A DNA stretch of 63,737 nucleotides from NCBI GenBank assembly GCA_964504265.1, contig CAZDEU010000004.1:1-63737 (forward strand). Direction: 5' to 3'. The position numbers were made by a program, and so were the translations under genes. This stretch comes from an uncultured Bacteroidales bacterium. Its GTDB lineage: Bacteria > Bacteroidota > Bacteroidia > Bacteroidales > JAKIYJ01. Positions 8,963-19,096 of this stretch are shown in pieces (position 1 is the first letter of the stretch; each line of letters starts with the position of its first letter). The notes beneath the pieces are model-generated. The model saw only the letters and a program-made list of their open reading frames with translations, searched no databases and had not been told where the DNA came from.

Positions 8963-10861
8963 TTATCTATTAGCTAAATATTTTTTATACCAATGCTGAA
9001 ATACAATTAATCCATATATTCTGGCAACCGACTCATCAGGGTTTGACGAAAAAAGACATTTTTTTAATTTATTTATTTCCTGATAATTAAAAATGCCTTG
9101 TTCTATTATAAAAGATTCTGATAACAATTCTTTTTCGATAAGTTTTTTTAAATCAGTTCTGAACCATTTTAGTAAGGGAACTTCAAATCCATGCTTGGGG
9201 CGGTTAAGCAATTCTTCGGGCAATAACTTGCTGAAAGCCTTTTTTAAGATTATTTTTCGGTCATTATTATTGATTTTAAAATGTGCAGGTAAAGAAAACA
9301 CATAATCAACTAATTCGTGATCCAAAAAAGGTACTCTTACTTCCAAAGAATTTGCCATAGACATCATATCAACTTTTACTAACATATCATTTTGTAAGAC
9401 TAAATGCATGTCGGTATAAAAAATCTGATTAATATCTCCTTTGTTAGTAATTCCTGATAAAATTTTTTGTTTTCGTTCAATATAATTATCAAGTGAAAAA
9501 TATTCGTTCAAAAGTTTTTTTGCATCATTAACATCAGCAAATGCACACCAACGCCAATATCGGTCGGGTAATGATAATGATACACCTTTTGAATATCTGT
9601 CAAGTTGTCTTATTAAATTGCCAAATTTGCTGTTTCTCGACTTAGGTAAAACAGACCATAAAGGTGAAGTTAATTTTAAAATAGGAGCAATTCCTGCATA
9701 TTTTCTGGCTCTGTATTCTGCATAATGTTTGTTGTAACCACCAAACATTTCGTCGGCACCATCGCCCGACAACGCAACTGTAACATGTTTACGTGTTTCC
9801 TTGCTTAAAATATATACCGCAAGAGCCGATGAATCGGCAAAAGGCTCATCAATATAGTCAAGTATATTATAAAATTCGTTATAAATATCATCAGTAGTAA
9901 GCAAAAATTCTGTATGATTGGTTTTATATTTTTCGGCGACAAGCCTAGCGTAATAAGTTTCGTCGAACATAGCTTCATCTTTAAAACCAATAGAAAAAGT
10001 ATTTAGTTTTGATGTATGTTTTGAAGCTAATGCAACAATAACTGAAGAGTCAATTCCACCACTTAAAAATGCGCCGAGAGGCACATCAGAAATTAGCCTC
10101 TTTTCAACTGCCTTTTCTAATAATCTATCAATATTTTTAGCTGCTTCATCTATAGACAGATTACTATAAATTGTGTTTTTGTCAATAATGGGTATATTGT
10201 AAAAAGCTCCTTCTTCTATTTCTTTACCTGAAATTTTAATCCACGAACCTGCTTTTACTTTTTTAACTTCGTTAAAAATTGAATCAGGCGCTGGAATATA
10301 ATTTAATTGCAAATAATTAAGTAGCGATGTCTTATCAATAGTAAGTTTTACGCTATAAGCCATCATTGCTTTCATTTCTGAGGCAAATAGCAATTTTTCG
10401 TTATCTGTATATATTAAAAATGGTTTTATCCCTATTCTGTCTCTTGCAATAAATAATATATCTGTTTTTTTATCATATATTGCAAAAGCAAAAAAGCCCT
10501 GAAGTTTTTCAAGACATTTTTCTTTAAATATTATATATAATTTTAATAATACTTCTGTATCTGAATTTGTTCTGAAAGTATGTCCTTTATCAGTTAATTC
10601 TTTTTTTAATTGTTTAAAATTATATATTTCGCCGTTAAATACAATAACATATCTTTGACTTTCATCAAAAAATGGCTGAGACGCTGCTTCCGAAACATCA
10701 ATAACCGAAAGCCGTGCATGTCCTAAAGCTGCTTTTTCACCGACAAAAACACCTTGTTTGTCGGGACCTCTTAATTTAATAGCTTCAACAGCTTTATTAA
10801 TTTCAGGGAAAAATTTTTTGCCTGAATCCTCAAATGTATAAACTCCGGTTATTCCACACAT
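8963..10861 (-). CDS. asnB: Asparagine synthase (glutamine-hydrolysing)-family amidotransferase, polysaccharide-locus type
   Basis: N-terminal MCGI (Ntn Cys), RGPD, FNGEIYN, ARDR.GIKP, FLSGGIDSS, SGDGADE, E.RVPFLD. Confidence 0.92.
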   Translation of the reverse strand: MCGITGVYTFEDSGKKFFPEINKAVEAIKLRGPDKQGVFVGEKAALGHARLSVIDVSEAASQPFFDESQRYVIVFNGEIYNFKQLKKELTDKGHTFRTNSDTEVLLKLYIIFKEKCLEKLQGFFAFAIYDKKTDILFIARDRIGIKPFLIYTDNEKLLFASEMKAMMAYSVKLTIDKTSLLNYLQLNYIPAPDSIFNEVKKVKAGSWIKISGKEIEEGAFYNIPIIDKNTIYSNLSIDEAAKNIDRLLEKAVEKRLISDVPLGAFLSGGIDSSVIVALASKHTSKLNTFSIGFKDEAMFDETYYARLVAEKYKTNHTEFLLTTDDIYNEFYNILDYIDEPFADSSALAVYILSKETRKHVTVALSGDGADEMFGGYNKHYAEYRARKYAGIAPILKLTSPLWSVLPKSRNSKFGNLIRQLDRYSKGVSLSLPDRYWRWCAFADVNDAKKLLNEYFSLDNYIERKQKILSGITNKGDINQIFYTDMHLVLQNDMLVKVDMMSMANSLEVRVPFLDHELVDYVFSLPAHFKINNNDRKIILKKAFSKLLPEELLNRPKHGFEVPLLKWFRTDLKKLIEKELLSESFIIEQGIFNYQEINKLKKCLFSSNPDESVARIYGLIVFQHWYKKYLANR

Positions 10862-10871
10862 TGTTAATAAA

Positions 10872-12266
10872 TCAAATATGAATTGCTTCGCCGTAAGCTG
10901 CTGCTGCTGCTTCCATCAAAGATTCAGAAATTGTAGGGTGAGGGAAAATTGTTTTGATAAGTTCTTCGCCTGTAATTTCTAAATTTCGGGCTATAACAGC
11001 ACCGCCAACAATTTCGGTTACACTTGCACCTATCATGTGTACACCGAGTAATTCTCCGTATTTAGCGTCAAAAATCACTTTTATAAAGCCATCTTTTTCT
11101 CCTGCTGCACTGGCTTTACCTGATGCAGTAAGCGGGAATTTACCTACTTTAACTTCGTATCCTGCTTCAATTGCAGCTTTTTCTGTAAATCCGGTCGAAG
11201 CAATTTCGGGCTGTGTATAAGTACAGGCAGGAATATTTTTATAATTAAGAGGTTCAGGCGATTTCCCTGCAATGTTTTCAACGCAAATAATTGCTTCGTG
11301 CGAAGCTACGTGGGCTAATGCAGGACCTGGAATTACATCTCCAATAGCATAATAGCCTTCGATTTTGGTTTTGTAAAATTCATCTACTAATATTTTACCT
11401 TTATCTGTTTTAATACCACATTCGTCGAGCCCAATATTTTCGGTGTTAGGAGTAATACCAACCGCCGACAGTACTGTTGCGACTTCAATTATTTCTTCTC
11501 CTTTAGCAGTTTTTACAGTTACTTTACATAATTCTCCGCTTTTATCAATATCTGTAACAGAAGCCGATGTCATAATCTTAATTCCTGCTTTTTTAAAAGA
11601 ACGTGCAAGTTGTTTTGATACTTCTTCGTCTTCTAATGGCACTATTTCGGGCATATATTCGACTAATGTAACTTTTGTGCCTATTGAATTATAGAAGTAT
11701 GCAAACTCACTTCCAATAGCTCCCGAACCTATAACAAGCATTGATGCAGGTTGTTTTTTTAGTGTAAGGGCATCGCGATATCCAATAATTTTGTCGCCGT
11801 CTTGTTCCATACCTTCTAACTGCCTTGACCTTGCTCCGCTTGCAATAATGATGTGTTTGGTATTGTAAATAGTTTTTTCAGAATTAGGGGCAGTAACCTC
11901 TACTTGTTTGTTGGGTAGTACTTTGCCTCTGCCATTAATTAAAGTAATATTATTTTTTTTGATTAGATAACTAACTCCCTTGCTCATACCATCGGCAACG
12001 CTTCTACTCCTTTGTACCATTGCTTCCAAGTTGGGTGTAAAGTTCTCAGCATTAATATTAATGCCGTAATTTTCAGCATGTTTTAAATATTGATACACCT
12101 GAGCACTTTTCAGCAGGGCTTTAGTTGGAATACAGCCCCAGTTAAGGCATATACCACCGATTTCAGCCATTTCAACTAATGCTGTCTTCATTCCTAATTG
12201 CGATGCTCTGATGGCAGCAACGTAACCACCAGGTCCACTTCCTATTATTATTATGTCAAATTCCAT
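10872..12266 (-). CDS. lpdA: Dihydrolipoyl dehydrogenase
   Basis: GSGPGGYVAA FAD loop, GGICLNWGCIPTK redox disulfide, GSGAIGSE, C-terminal HPTISE. Confidence 0.97.
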   Translation of the reverse strand: MEFDIIIIGSGPGGYVAAIRASQLGMKTALVEMAEIGGICLNWGCIPTKALLKSAQVYQYLKHAENYGININAENFTPNLEAMVQRSRSVADGMSKGVSYLIKKNNITLINGRGKVLPNKQVEVTAPNSEKTIYNTKHIIIASGARSRQLEGMEQDGDKIIGYRDALTLKKQPASMLVIGSGAIGSEFAYFYNSIGTKVTLVEYMPEIVPLEDEEVSKQLARSFKKAGIKIMTSASVTDIDKSGELCKVTVKTAKGEEIIEVATVLSAVGITPNTENIGLDECGIKTDKGKILVDEFYKTKIEGYYAIGDVIPGPALAHVASHEAIICVENIAGKSPEPLNYKNIPACTYTQPEIASTGFTEKAAIEAGYEVKVGKFPLTASGKASAAGEKDGFIKVIFDAKYGELLGVHMIGASVTEIVGGAVIARNLEITGEELIKTIFPHPTISESLMEAAAAAYGEAIHI

Positions 12267-12298
12267 AATTTTTTATATTAAAATTAATAAAATGACTA

Positions 12299-14941
12299 TT
12301 AATTAACTTTTATTCTTTCAATCTGTTGTACAATTAAACTTATTTTACTTAAAGCATCAGATTGTTTCTTTTTTTCTGCTTCAACAACTTCAGTAGGAGC
12401 ATTGTTTACAAATTTTTCGTTTGATAATTTTTTTTCAACGGAGGCTAAAAACCCTTTTAAGTATGATAATTCTTCTTCAAGTTTATTTAATTCAGCCGAT
12501 TTGTCAATTTTGCCTTTTGCAGGAACAAAATATTCGGAAGTTCCGCTTACAAATGAATAAATATTTTCGGGCTTGCTTTCCGAATAGCTTATTCCGGATA
12601 AATTACATAATTTTATTATTACTGATGAAAAATTGTTTATTGCCATTAAATCTTCTTTTTTGTTTACTAAAAGAGATATTTCTTCTTTAAATGCAATATT
12701 GTTGTCTTTTCTTAAAGTTCTGATACAAATAATAATATCTTTAGCTTTATTAAAATCCTTAATAATATCTTGTTCAATGGTTTCAGATTTAACCCATTCC
12801 GAAGTCATTAAAAAATCTTCTGTATTCCTTTGTTTTATTAGACTGAAAATTTCTTCAGTAATAAAGGGCATAAAAGGGTGTAACAGTTTTATAATTTTTT
12901 CAAAAAACTCAATTGTGCTGTTATAGGTTTTTGTATCAATTGCTTCTCCAAAAGGGGGCTTAATAATTTCGAGATACCACGAACAAAAGTCGTCCCAAAT
13001 TAATTTGTAAACAGCCATTAAAGCATCCGAAATTCTGTACTTTTCGAAATGCTCATTAATAATATTAACCTCTTCCGATAATTTAGAATTGAACCATATA
13101 GTAGCATTTAAAGAATAATCAGGTTGAGGTTTATCATCAACTTCCCAGTTTTTAACAAGCCTAAGAGCGTTCCAAATTTTATTACTAAAATTTCTGCCTT
13201 GCTCGCAAAGGCTTTCATCAAAAGGCAAGTCGTTACCTGCGGGCGAGGTAAGTAACATGCCAGCTCTAACACCGTCGGCGCCATATATTTTAATTAACTC
13301 AAGTGGGTCGGGGCTGTTGCCAAGCGATTTAGACATTTTACGTCCTTTTTTATCTCTTACAATACCTGTAAGGTAAACATTATGAAAAGGAATTTGTTTG
13401 CGGTATTCTAAGCCTGCCATTATCATTCTAGCAACCCAAAAGAACAGAATTTCAGGAGCTGTGATAAGGTCGTTAGTTGGGTAATAATATTTAATGTCAG
13501 CATTATCAGGATTTCTGATTCCATCGAAAACAGAAATTGGCCATAGCCAGCTCGAAAACCAAGTGTCTAAAACATCTTCGTCTTGTTTAAGGTCGTTTAA
13601 CGTGATATTTTCATAACCTTTGATTTTTTTAGCAAGTATCAAAGCTTCATTTTCATTGCTTGCTACAACAAATTGACCGTCAGGTAAATACCATGCAGGA
13701 ATTCTTTGTCCCCACCATAATTGACGCGAAATGCACCAATCTCTGACATTTTCCATCCAATATTTATAGGTGTTTTTAAATTTTGTTGGATGAAATTTAA
13801 TAGTTTCGTTCATTACAACATTTAGAGCAGGCTTAGCCATATTGCTCATTTTCATAAACCATTGCAGCGAAAGTCTTGGTTCAATTACTTCATCGGTACG
13901 TTCTGAATAACCAACTTTATTAGTATAATTTTCAACTTTTTCTAACAATTTTTTTTCTTCAAGTTCTTTAACAATTAGTTTACGGGCTTCAAATCTGTCG
14001 GTACCAATATAAAAAACAGCTTTTTCGTTAAGAGTACCGTTATCGTTAAAAATATCAATAACAGGCAAATTATATTTTAACCCAATATTATAGTCGTTGA
14101 TGTCGTGAGCTGGAGTAATTTTTAAAGCGCCTGTTCCAAATTCAGGGTCAACGTATTCATCGGCAATAACTTTAACAACTCTGTTAACTAAAGGAACAAT
14201 AACATTTTTGCCGACAAAATGTTTATATCTATCATCACTAGGGTGAACACAAACCGCAGTATCGCCAAGAATTGTTTCAGGTCTGGTTGTAGCTATTGTA
14301 ATATATTCATTATTATTGCCTTCAACAAAGTATTTGCAATAATATAATTTCGAATTTTCTTCTTTATAAATTACCTCTTCGTCCGAAACAGCGGTTAGAG
14401 CTTTAGGATCCCAGTTAACCATTCTAACACCTCTATAAATAAGTCCTTTTCGGAATAAATCAACAAAAACTAAAATAACCGATTCGTAAAGGTCGGTGTC
14501 CATAGTAAATTTAGTTCTTTCCCAGTCGCAGGAGCAACCCAGTTTTTTAAGTTGTTCGAGAATAATGCTTCCATGCTTGTTTTTCCATTCGTAAGCATGT
14601 TTTAAAAATTCGTCTCTTGAAATATCTTTTTTGTCGATACCTTCATTTTTGAGTTTAGCAACAACTTTTGCTTCAGTAGCAATAGATGCATGGTCGGTGC
14701 CGGGTAACCACAAAGCATTTTTCCCGTTCATTCTTGCTTTTCTGACTAAAACATCCTGCAAAGTATTATTAAGTACATGCCCCATGTGCAGGACACCTGT
14801 AACATTGGGTGGTGGAATAACAATACAATAAGGTTCTCTTGAATCGGGTACTGATTTGAATAATTTGTTTTTCATCCATTTGTTATACCACTTCTCTTCA
14901 GTAAGAGCAGGATCATACTTAGGCTTAATTTCCATTTGCAT
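12299..14941 (-). CDS. valS: Valine--tRNA ligase
   Basis: [13 protein letters not shown] (HIGH), [17 protein letters not shown]-terminal coiled-coil arm. Confidence 0.98.
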   Translation of the reverse strand: MQMEIKPKYDPALTEEKWYNKWMKNKLFKSVPDSREPYCIVIPPPNVTGVLHMGHVLNNTLQDVLVRKARMNGKNALWLPGTDHASIATEAKVVAKLKNEGIDKKDISRDEFLKHAYEWKNKHGSIILEQLKKLGCSCDWERTKFTMDTDLYESVILVFVDLFRKGLIYRGVRMVNWDPKALTAVSDEEVIYKEENSKLYYCKYFVEGNNNEYITIATTRPETILGDTAVCVHPSDDRYKHFVGKNVIVPLVNRVVKVIADEYVDPEFGTGALKITPAHDINDYNIGLKYNLPVIDIFNDNGTLNEKAVFYIGTDRFEARKLIVKELEEKKLLEKVENYTNKVGYSERTDEVIEPRLSLQWFMKMSNMAKPALNVVMNETIKFHPTKFKNTYKYWMENVRDWCISRQLWWGQRIPAWYLPDGQFVVASNENEALILAKKIKGYENITLNDLKQDEDVLDTWFSSWLWPISVFDGIRNPDNADIKYYYPTNDLITAPEILFFWVARMIMAGLEYRKQIPFHNVYLTGIVRDKKGRKMSKSLGNSPDPLELIKIYGADGVRAGMLLTSPAGNDLPFDESLCEQGRNFSNKIWNALRLVKNWEVDDKPQPDYSLNATIWFNSKLSEEVNIINEHFEKYRISDALMAVYKLIWDDFCSWYLEIIKPPFGEAIDTKTYNSTIEFFEKIIKLLHPFMPFITEEIFSLIKQRNTEDFLMTSEWVKSETIEQDIIKDFNKAKDIIICIRTLRKDNNIAFKEEISLLVNKKEDLMAINNFSSVIIKLCNLSGISYSESKPENIYSFVSGTSEYFVPAKGKIDKSAELNKLEEELSYLKGFLASVEKKLSNEKFVNNAPTEVVEAEKKKQSDALSKISLIVQQIERIKVN

Positions 14942-14964
14942 TAGTCATTTTAAAAAAAAGATTT

Positions 14965-14972
14965 CAAAAGTA
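14965..14972 (-). promoter_or_regulatory. Candidate -7 promoter element (TACTTTTG) for valS
   Basis: TAnnTTTG match 23 nt upstream of the valS start. Confidence 0.5.
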
Positions 14973-15128
14973 CGAAATTTTTGCTTTCAAAATGAGTTTG
15001 TAAAGTACATAATGTTAAAAGTTAAAAATTGAATGTTAAAGGCAACAAATATCTTGTTTGTCTATAAAAATAGTAATTTGTAAATTTCACTTATTAATAT
15101 TTCTGCTACAAAAATTAAACAATAAGTC

Positions 15129-17105
15129 TTAATTTTTAGTAAAAACCAACACTACTTTGTTAAAATCAGCGGCTGCATTAATTACTCTTCTGTAATCTTC
15201 GTACATTTCGACAGGATGAAAAATTTTGCTGTAATATTCTTCAATAAGAACTTCAACTTCATTATTGTCAACTTTATAAGATGATTTAAAGACCATTATA
15301 TCGTTTTTTTCTTTATTTTTATATGTTTTATCAATAATTAGGTCGTCTAAATTTGTTACTTTATAACCTTCAGGAATATTGAATTTAATTAATCTGTAAT
15401 AATGTCTTGTATAATAATCTTCAACGTTAAGAATTCTTTTTTCGGTTTTATAAAATTCCATTTGAGGTCCAATCAGTTCGCCAATTTTAAATAAATGATT
15501 ATGTTGAGCTTTCTCAAAGAAGCTGTTAGTAGTAAGTTTAGCAGTTACAATAGCAGGTTTTACGCCAAAGCTTTTAGAGTCAAAATTAAAAAGTTTCAAA
15601 TCTTCAATTTCGCCGTCTTCATCAATGTGTTTAATAAGACTTTCTTCGAGTTCTTTTTTTGTTTCAGCATCTTTAACTCTTTCGTAAACTGTTTGGTAAA
15701 ATTCGCCGTTGTATCCACAAACAGAGTGATAAAAATCGTAAGTAACATCGTTGAAGCCATATTTTGCGAGGTCGGCAAAAATTTTCAAAGTGTCGCCAGT
15801 AGTTTTATAATCATTTTGAGGAATAAATCTGATGTTCCCAACGCCATATTCTTCGTTTTTAATTTTAACAGTTTTAACAAATAACCCATGATTAAAAATA
15901 AAATTGTAATCAGGGAAATTAAGTCTGTAATCATTACTTAAACTAGTAAATTTTTTAATACCTGAGAAGTATAGCATATACTCATCGGGGTATGCCCATA
16001 ATTCAAAGTTGGGGTCAAATTTATAGAGAAACCTGTCGCAGGTTAGTCCTACTTCAACGTCAATATCAAGCATTTTGATGAGGTTTGCAATAATAACAGT
16101 AACAGAAAATTCATTAGCAATTTTCAAACCCCATAATACACTTAGTTCAGTATCGGAGGGATAGGAAAAATCGCCAATTGTAAGATTAGATTTAACAAAA
16201 TCTTCAACAGCTCTAATTTTTTGTTCTTCATCAAGATTTTTTAAGGGTATTTCTTTTAGAATTTTTTTCAAAAATTTCATATCATTTTTACTAACATTAG
16301 CATAAACAGCTTTGTAAACAAGTTGAGCAAGTTCGCCGTAAGAATATAAATCAGCAAGGTTTCTGTATAAATTTTTAGTTAATTTATAACCAAAATACAT
16401 AATTTCAGCGTCATAAGCTGAATTGCGTTGATTTGGCATATATTTAACTGTATCCATTATAAGTTCCCATCTATTTTTTTCTTTTTGGGTTTGCAACGAA
16501 GTGTCAGACATTATATTAGGTAAGTCATTATATGATTTAAATTCAAATATTAATCCTAAAGGGCTAATGAGTTCAAACGAAAAATTTATTTGAGGAAATT
16601 TAGTTTGAACATCAAGTAAACTACCTTTAATTCTTGGGTTGGTTTTGTATAAATAAATATATTCAATTTCAGAATTAATATCAACACCATCAAAAGCAAA
16701 ATACCTGTATTTAGCGTCAGTATCTTCGTCAACTCCTTCTTTAATATTTTCATTTTTTAATTCAATAACCTGCCCTTTACTGTTTATAACACGTGCTTTT
16801 TCAATTAAAATATCATCTTTGTCATATATTGGCAGGTAAACTTTGTTAAAATAGTTAATACCTTCGTGTGTAAGCAGTTTTATTTTTTTATGAACAAGAT
16901 AAAATTCCATAAGATTGTCATCAACATAATAAAATTCACGACTAATAAAATTTTTAAGATAATAAACCGAAATGTTAGTGTCGGGCAAACTTATGGGCGT
17001 TAATACAGGATTTTCGTCCCAATTATAATTTTTTCTTTCGATATCATTATCTGCATAAGTATTATACGATAATAATAATAGTAAAAATAATGTTAATGTT
17101 CTCAT
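15129..17105 (-). CDS. DUF3857-domain exported protein with degenerate transglutaminase-like core
   Basis: Signal peptide; KARVI...G.V, FAFDGV..NSEIEY DUF3857 motifs; C-terminal IP.GYKV domain; no GDC catalytic motif. Confidence 0.75.
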   Translation of the reverse strand: MRTLTLFLLLLLSYNTYADNDIERKNYNWDENPVLTPISLPDTNISVYYLKNFISREFYYVDDNLMEFYLVHKKIKLLTHEGINYFNKVYLPIYDKDDILIEKARVINSKGQVIELKNENIKEGVDEDTDAKYRYFAFDGVDINSEIEYIYLYKTNPRIKGSLLDVQTKFPQINFSFELISPLGLIFEFKSYNDLPNIMSDTSLQTQKEKNRWELIMDTVKYMPNQRNSAYDAEIMYFGYKLTKNLYRNLADLYSYGELAQLVYKAVYANVSKNDMKFLKKILKEIPLKNLDEEQKIRAVEDFVKSNLTIGDFSYPSDTELSVLWGLKIANEFSVTVIIANLIKMLDIDVEVGLTCDRFLYKFDPNFELWAYPDEYMLYFSGIKKFTSLSNDYRLNFPDYNFIFNHGLFVKTVKIKNEEYGVGNIRFIPQNDYKTTGDTLKIFADLAKYGFNDVTYDFYHSVCGYNGEFYQTVYERVKDAETKKELEESLIKHIDEDGEIEDLKLFNFDSKSFGVKPAIVTAKLTTNSFFEKAQHNHLFKIGELIGPQMEFYKTEKRILNVEDYYTRHYYRLIKFNIPEGYKVTNLDDLIIDKTYKNKEKNDIMVFKSSYKVDNNEVEVLIEEYYSKIFHPVEMYEDYRRVINAAADFNKVVLVFTKN

Positions 17106-17164
17106 GTTCTTATGTTTTATAATATTTAAAAAAAATAATGTGTTTTTGTGTGTAACATTTTAAA

Positions 17165-19096
17165 TTATTTGGTTTTTGAAAGTATAACATTATCTTTATA
17201 AGCAGCTTTTAGTAATTTAAGCATTTCGTTAAAAGTTTTCTGTTCGTTCAGGTTTAACATTATATAATTCAAAATCAGTGAATAATTATAAATTATTGAA
17301 TTGTTTTTATGTTCATATTTAATATCAAAACTGAATTTATCATTAAAAAAGCTGCTATTATCAGGAATATATTTTACTTCATAACCTAAAGGGATGTTAA
17401 GTTTATAACATAGTTGTAGCGATTTTTTGAAATCATTTTCAGAAGGCAACACCCGGTCGTCTTTAAAAAATTTAGAATTTTCGAGCGATTTATCAAGATT
17501 CATATTTATATATAAATCATTATCATTTTTTTTGATATAGCTACCCAGTTCAAAATCGTATATATATAACATTTCAGCATCATTATTTTGAACAGAATAA
17601 TTATTCAGCAAATATTTATTACTTCCCTTTCGTGTTAAAAAGCTAATGTAATTTTTAACAGCCTCTTCGTTATTAGCAGCATCAATAGTTCGCTTACTGT
17701 CGCAATCGAAATAACCTTTTAAAATTACTTTTCCTGAGCCTTTCAGTAAATTATTTTCTATTGTAAGATTAACAGTATCGTTAAACAAATTAACTTCTGC
17801 GTCAACAATAGGGACAGTTTCAATAGAAAAATTTTCTTCATTACTTATTAATACTTCTTTACCCTGGATAAATTCGGTAGGCATACCAAAGCTGATATAA
17901 GAATCGGTTGCATCAAGAAAAATATATTGATTATTAGATTTGTTTTTATGTACAGCAATCATATGATTATCGACACAAGGCGAGGGTACGTCGTTATATT
18001 TATAAGGTAGCTTGCGAGAACCAACCCAAGCAGGGTGAGCATCAATGCCGAGCATTTCGAGCATAGTTACAATTAAAGTTGACATATCTTTGCAGTCGCC
18101 ATATCTGCTATGCATAATTTTATCAGGGTTTCTGGGAGTAAAACCTCCGAGTCCTTCAACAATAGCAATGTATTTAATATTTTTCTGAACCCATGAAAAA
18201 ACTTTTTTTACTTTAATAATTTCATCATCATTTTTGTCAATAATTTGGTCAAGAATGCTTTTAATTTCTTCAGTATTTTCGGTTTTAACTTTTTTTAGAA
18301 GGGAATAATACCAGTGATAAAGATCCGACACATTGCTCATTACATTTACTTTTTTGCCATCTTTTTTAGTATACGATTTAATGCTAACTATAATGTGAGG
18401 AACGTAATAAAGAGGGTCGGGAGCTCCATCTTCTTCTTTGTATGGTTCAATATTATTTAGTTTCCAGCTATATGTTGTTTCTTTTTTAGAAATGTTTTTA
18501 GTAAAATCAATGTTGTTTTCCAACATATTAACATAAATGTAATTAAGGTCAATATTATTATCGGCTGTTATTTTCAATTCACTTTTCAAAATGGGTGTAA
18601 GACCACCGAAAAAGAAAATTATAGGAAGCTGAGGATAATTATATTTTAGAGTAAAAGACTTAAAACTTATACTTCCTTTTTTGAGATTTTCATATTCAAA
18701 AGAAGTAGTAGTAATGTCTTCATAAAATATTGAATTACTAATATTTTGTTTTTTATCAAAATGTTTGACTATATATTTTTTATATTTATTTTTATCAGGA
18801 ATTTCAGCTAAAGTATAAGCACTTATATCGGTCATTTCTCTCAATTTGGAGTTTTCAATACTGTGTTTATAGTAAGCTGCACTTCTGTCGGATGTATAAT
18901 ATATAGTATTTTCATTTTTATGAATAAATTCTAAAGTATCTTTTTTAAATTTCAAAGAAGTAGCATCAAATTTATTAAGAATAACAAAGTCTTTGTCAGG
19001 ATATTTTTCGGCAAGATGTATATTATCAGATGGTTTTTGTCCATTTAAAGATAAGCACAGCCATATAGTTAAACAAAAAATTACAAAATATTTCAT
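17165..19096 (-). CDS. DUF3857 + transglutaminase-like domain exported protein
   Basis: WVQKNIKYIA, RYGDCKDM (Cys), DNHMI (His), FLDAT (Asp) triad; ATGA overlap with upstream gene. Confidence 0.85.
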   Translation of the reverse strand: MKYFVIFCLTIWLCLSLNGQKPSDNIHLAEKYPDKDFVILNKFDATSLKFKKDTLEFIHKNENTIYYTSDRSAAYYKHSIENSKLREMTDISAYTLAEIPDKNKYKKYIVKHFDKKQNISNSIFYEDITTTSFEYENLKKGSISFKSFTLKYNYPQLPIIFFFGGLTPILKSELKITADNNIDLNYIYVNMLENNIDFTKNISKKETTYSWKLNNIEPYKEEDGAPDPLYYVPHIIVSIKSYTKKDGKKVNVMSNVSDLYHWYYSLLKKVKTENTEEIKSILDQIIDKNDDEIIKVKKVFSWVQKNIKYIAIVEGLGGFTPRNPDKIMHSRYGDCKDMSTLIVTMLEMLGIDAHPAWVGSRKLPYKYNDVPSPCVDNHMIAVHKNKSNNQYIFLDATDSYISFGMPTEFIQGKEVLISNEENFSIETVPIVDAEVNLFNDTVNLTIENNLLKGSGKVILKGYFDCDSKRTIDAANNEEAVKNYISFLTRKGSNKYLLNNYSVQNNDAEMLYIYDFELGSYIKKNDNDLYINMNLDKSLENSKFFKDDRVLPSENDFKKSLQLCYKLNIPLGYEVKYIPDNSSFFNDKFSFDIKYEHKNNSIIYNYSLILNYIMLNLNEQKTFNEMLKLLKAAYKDNVILSKTK

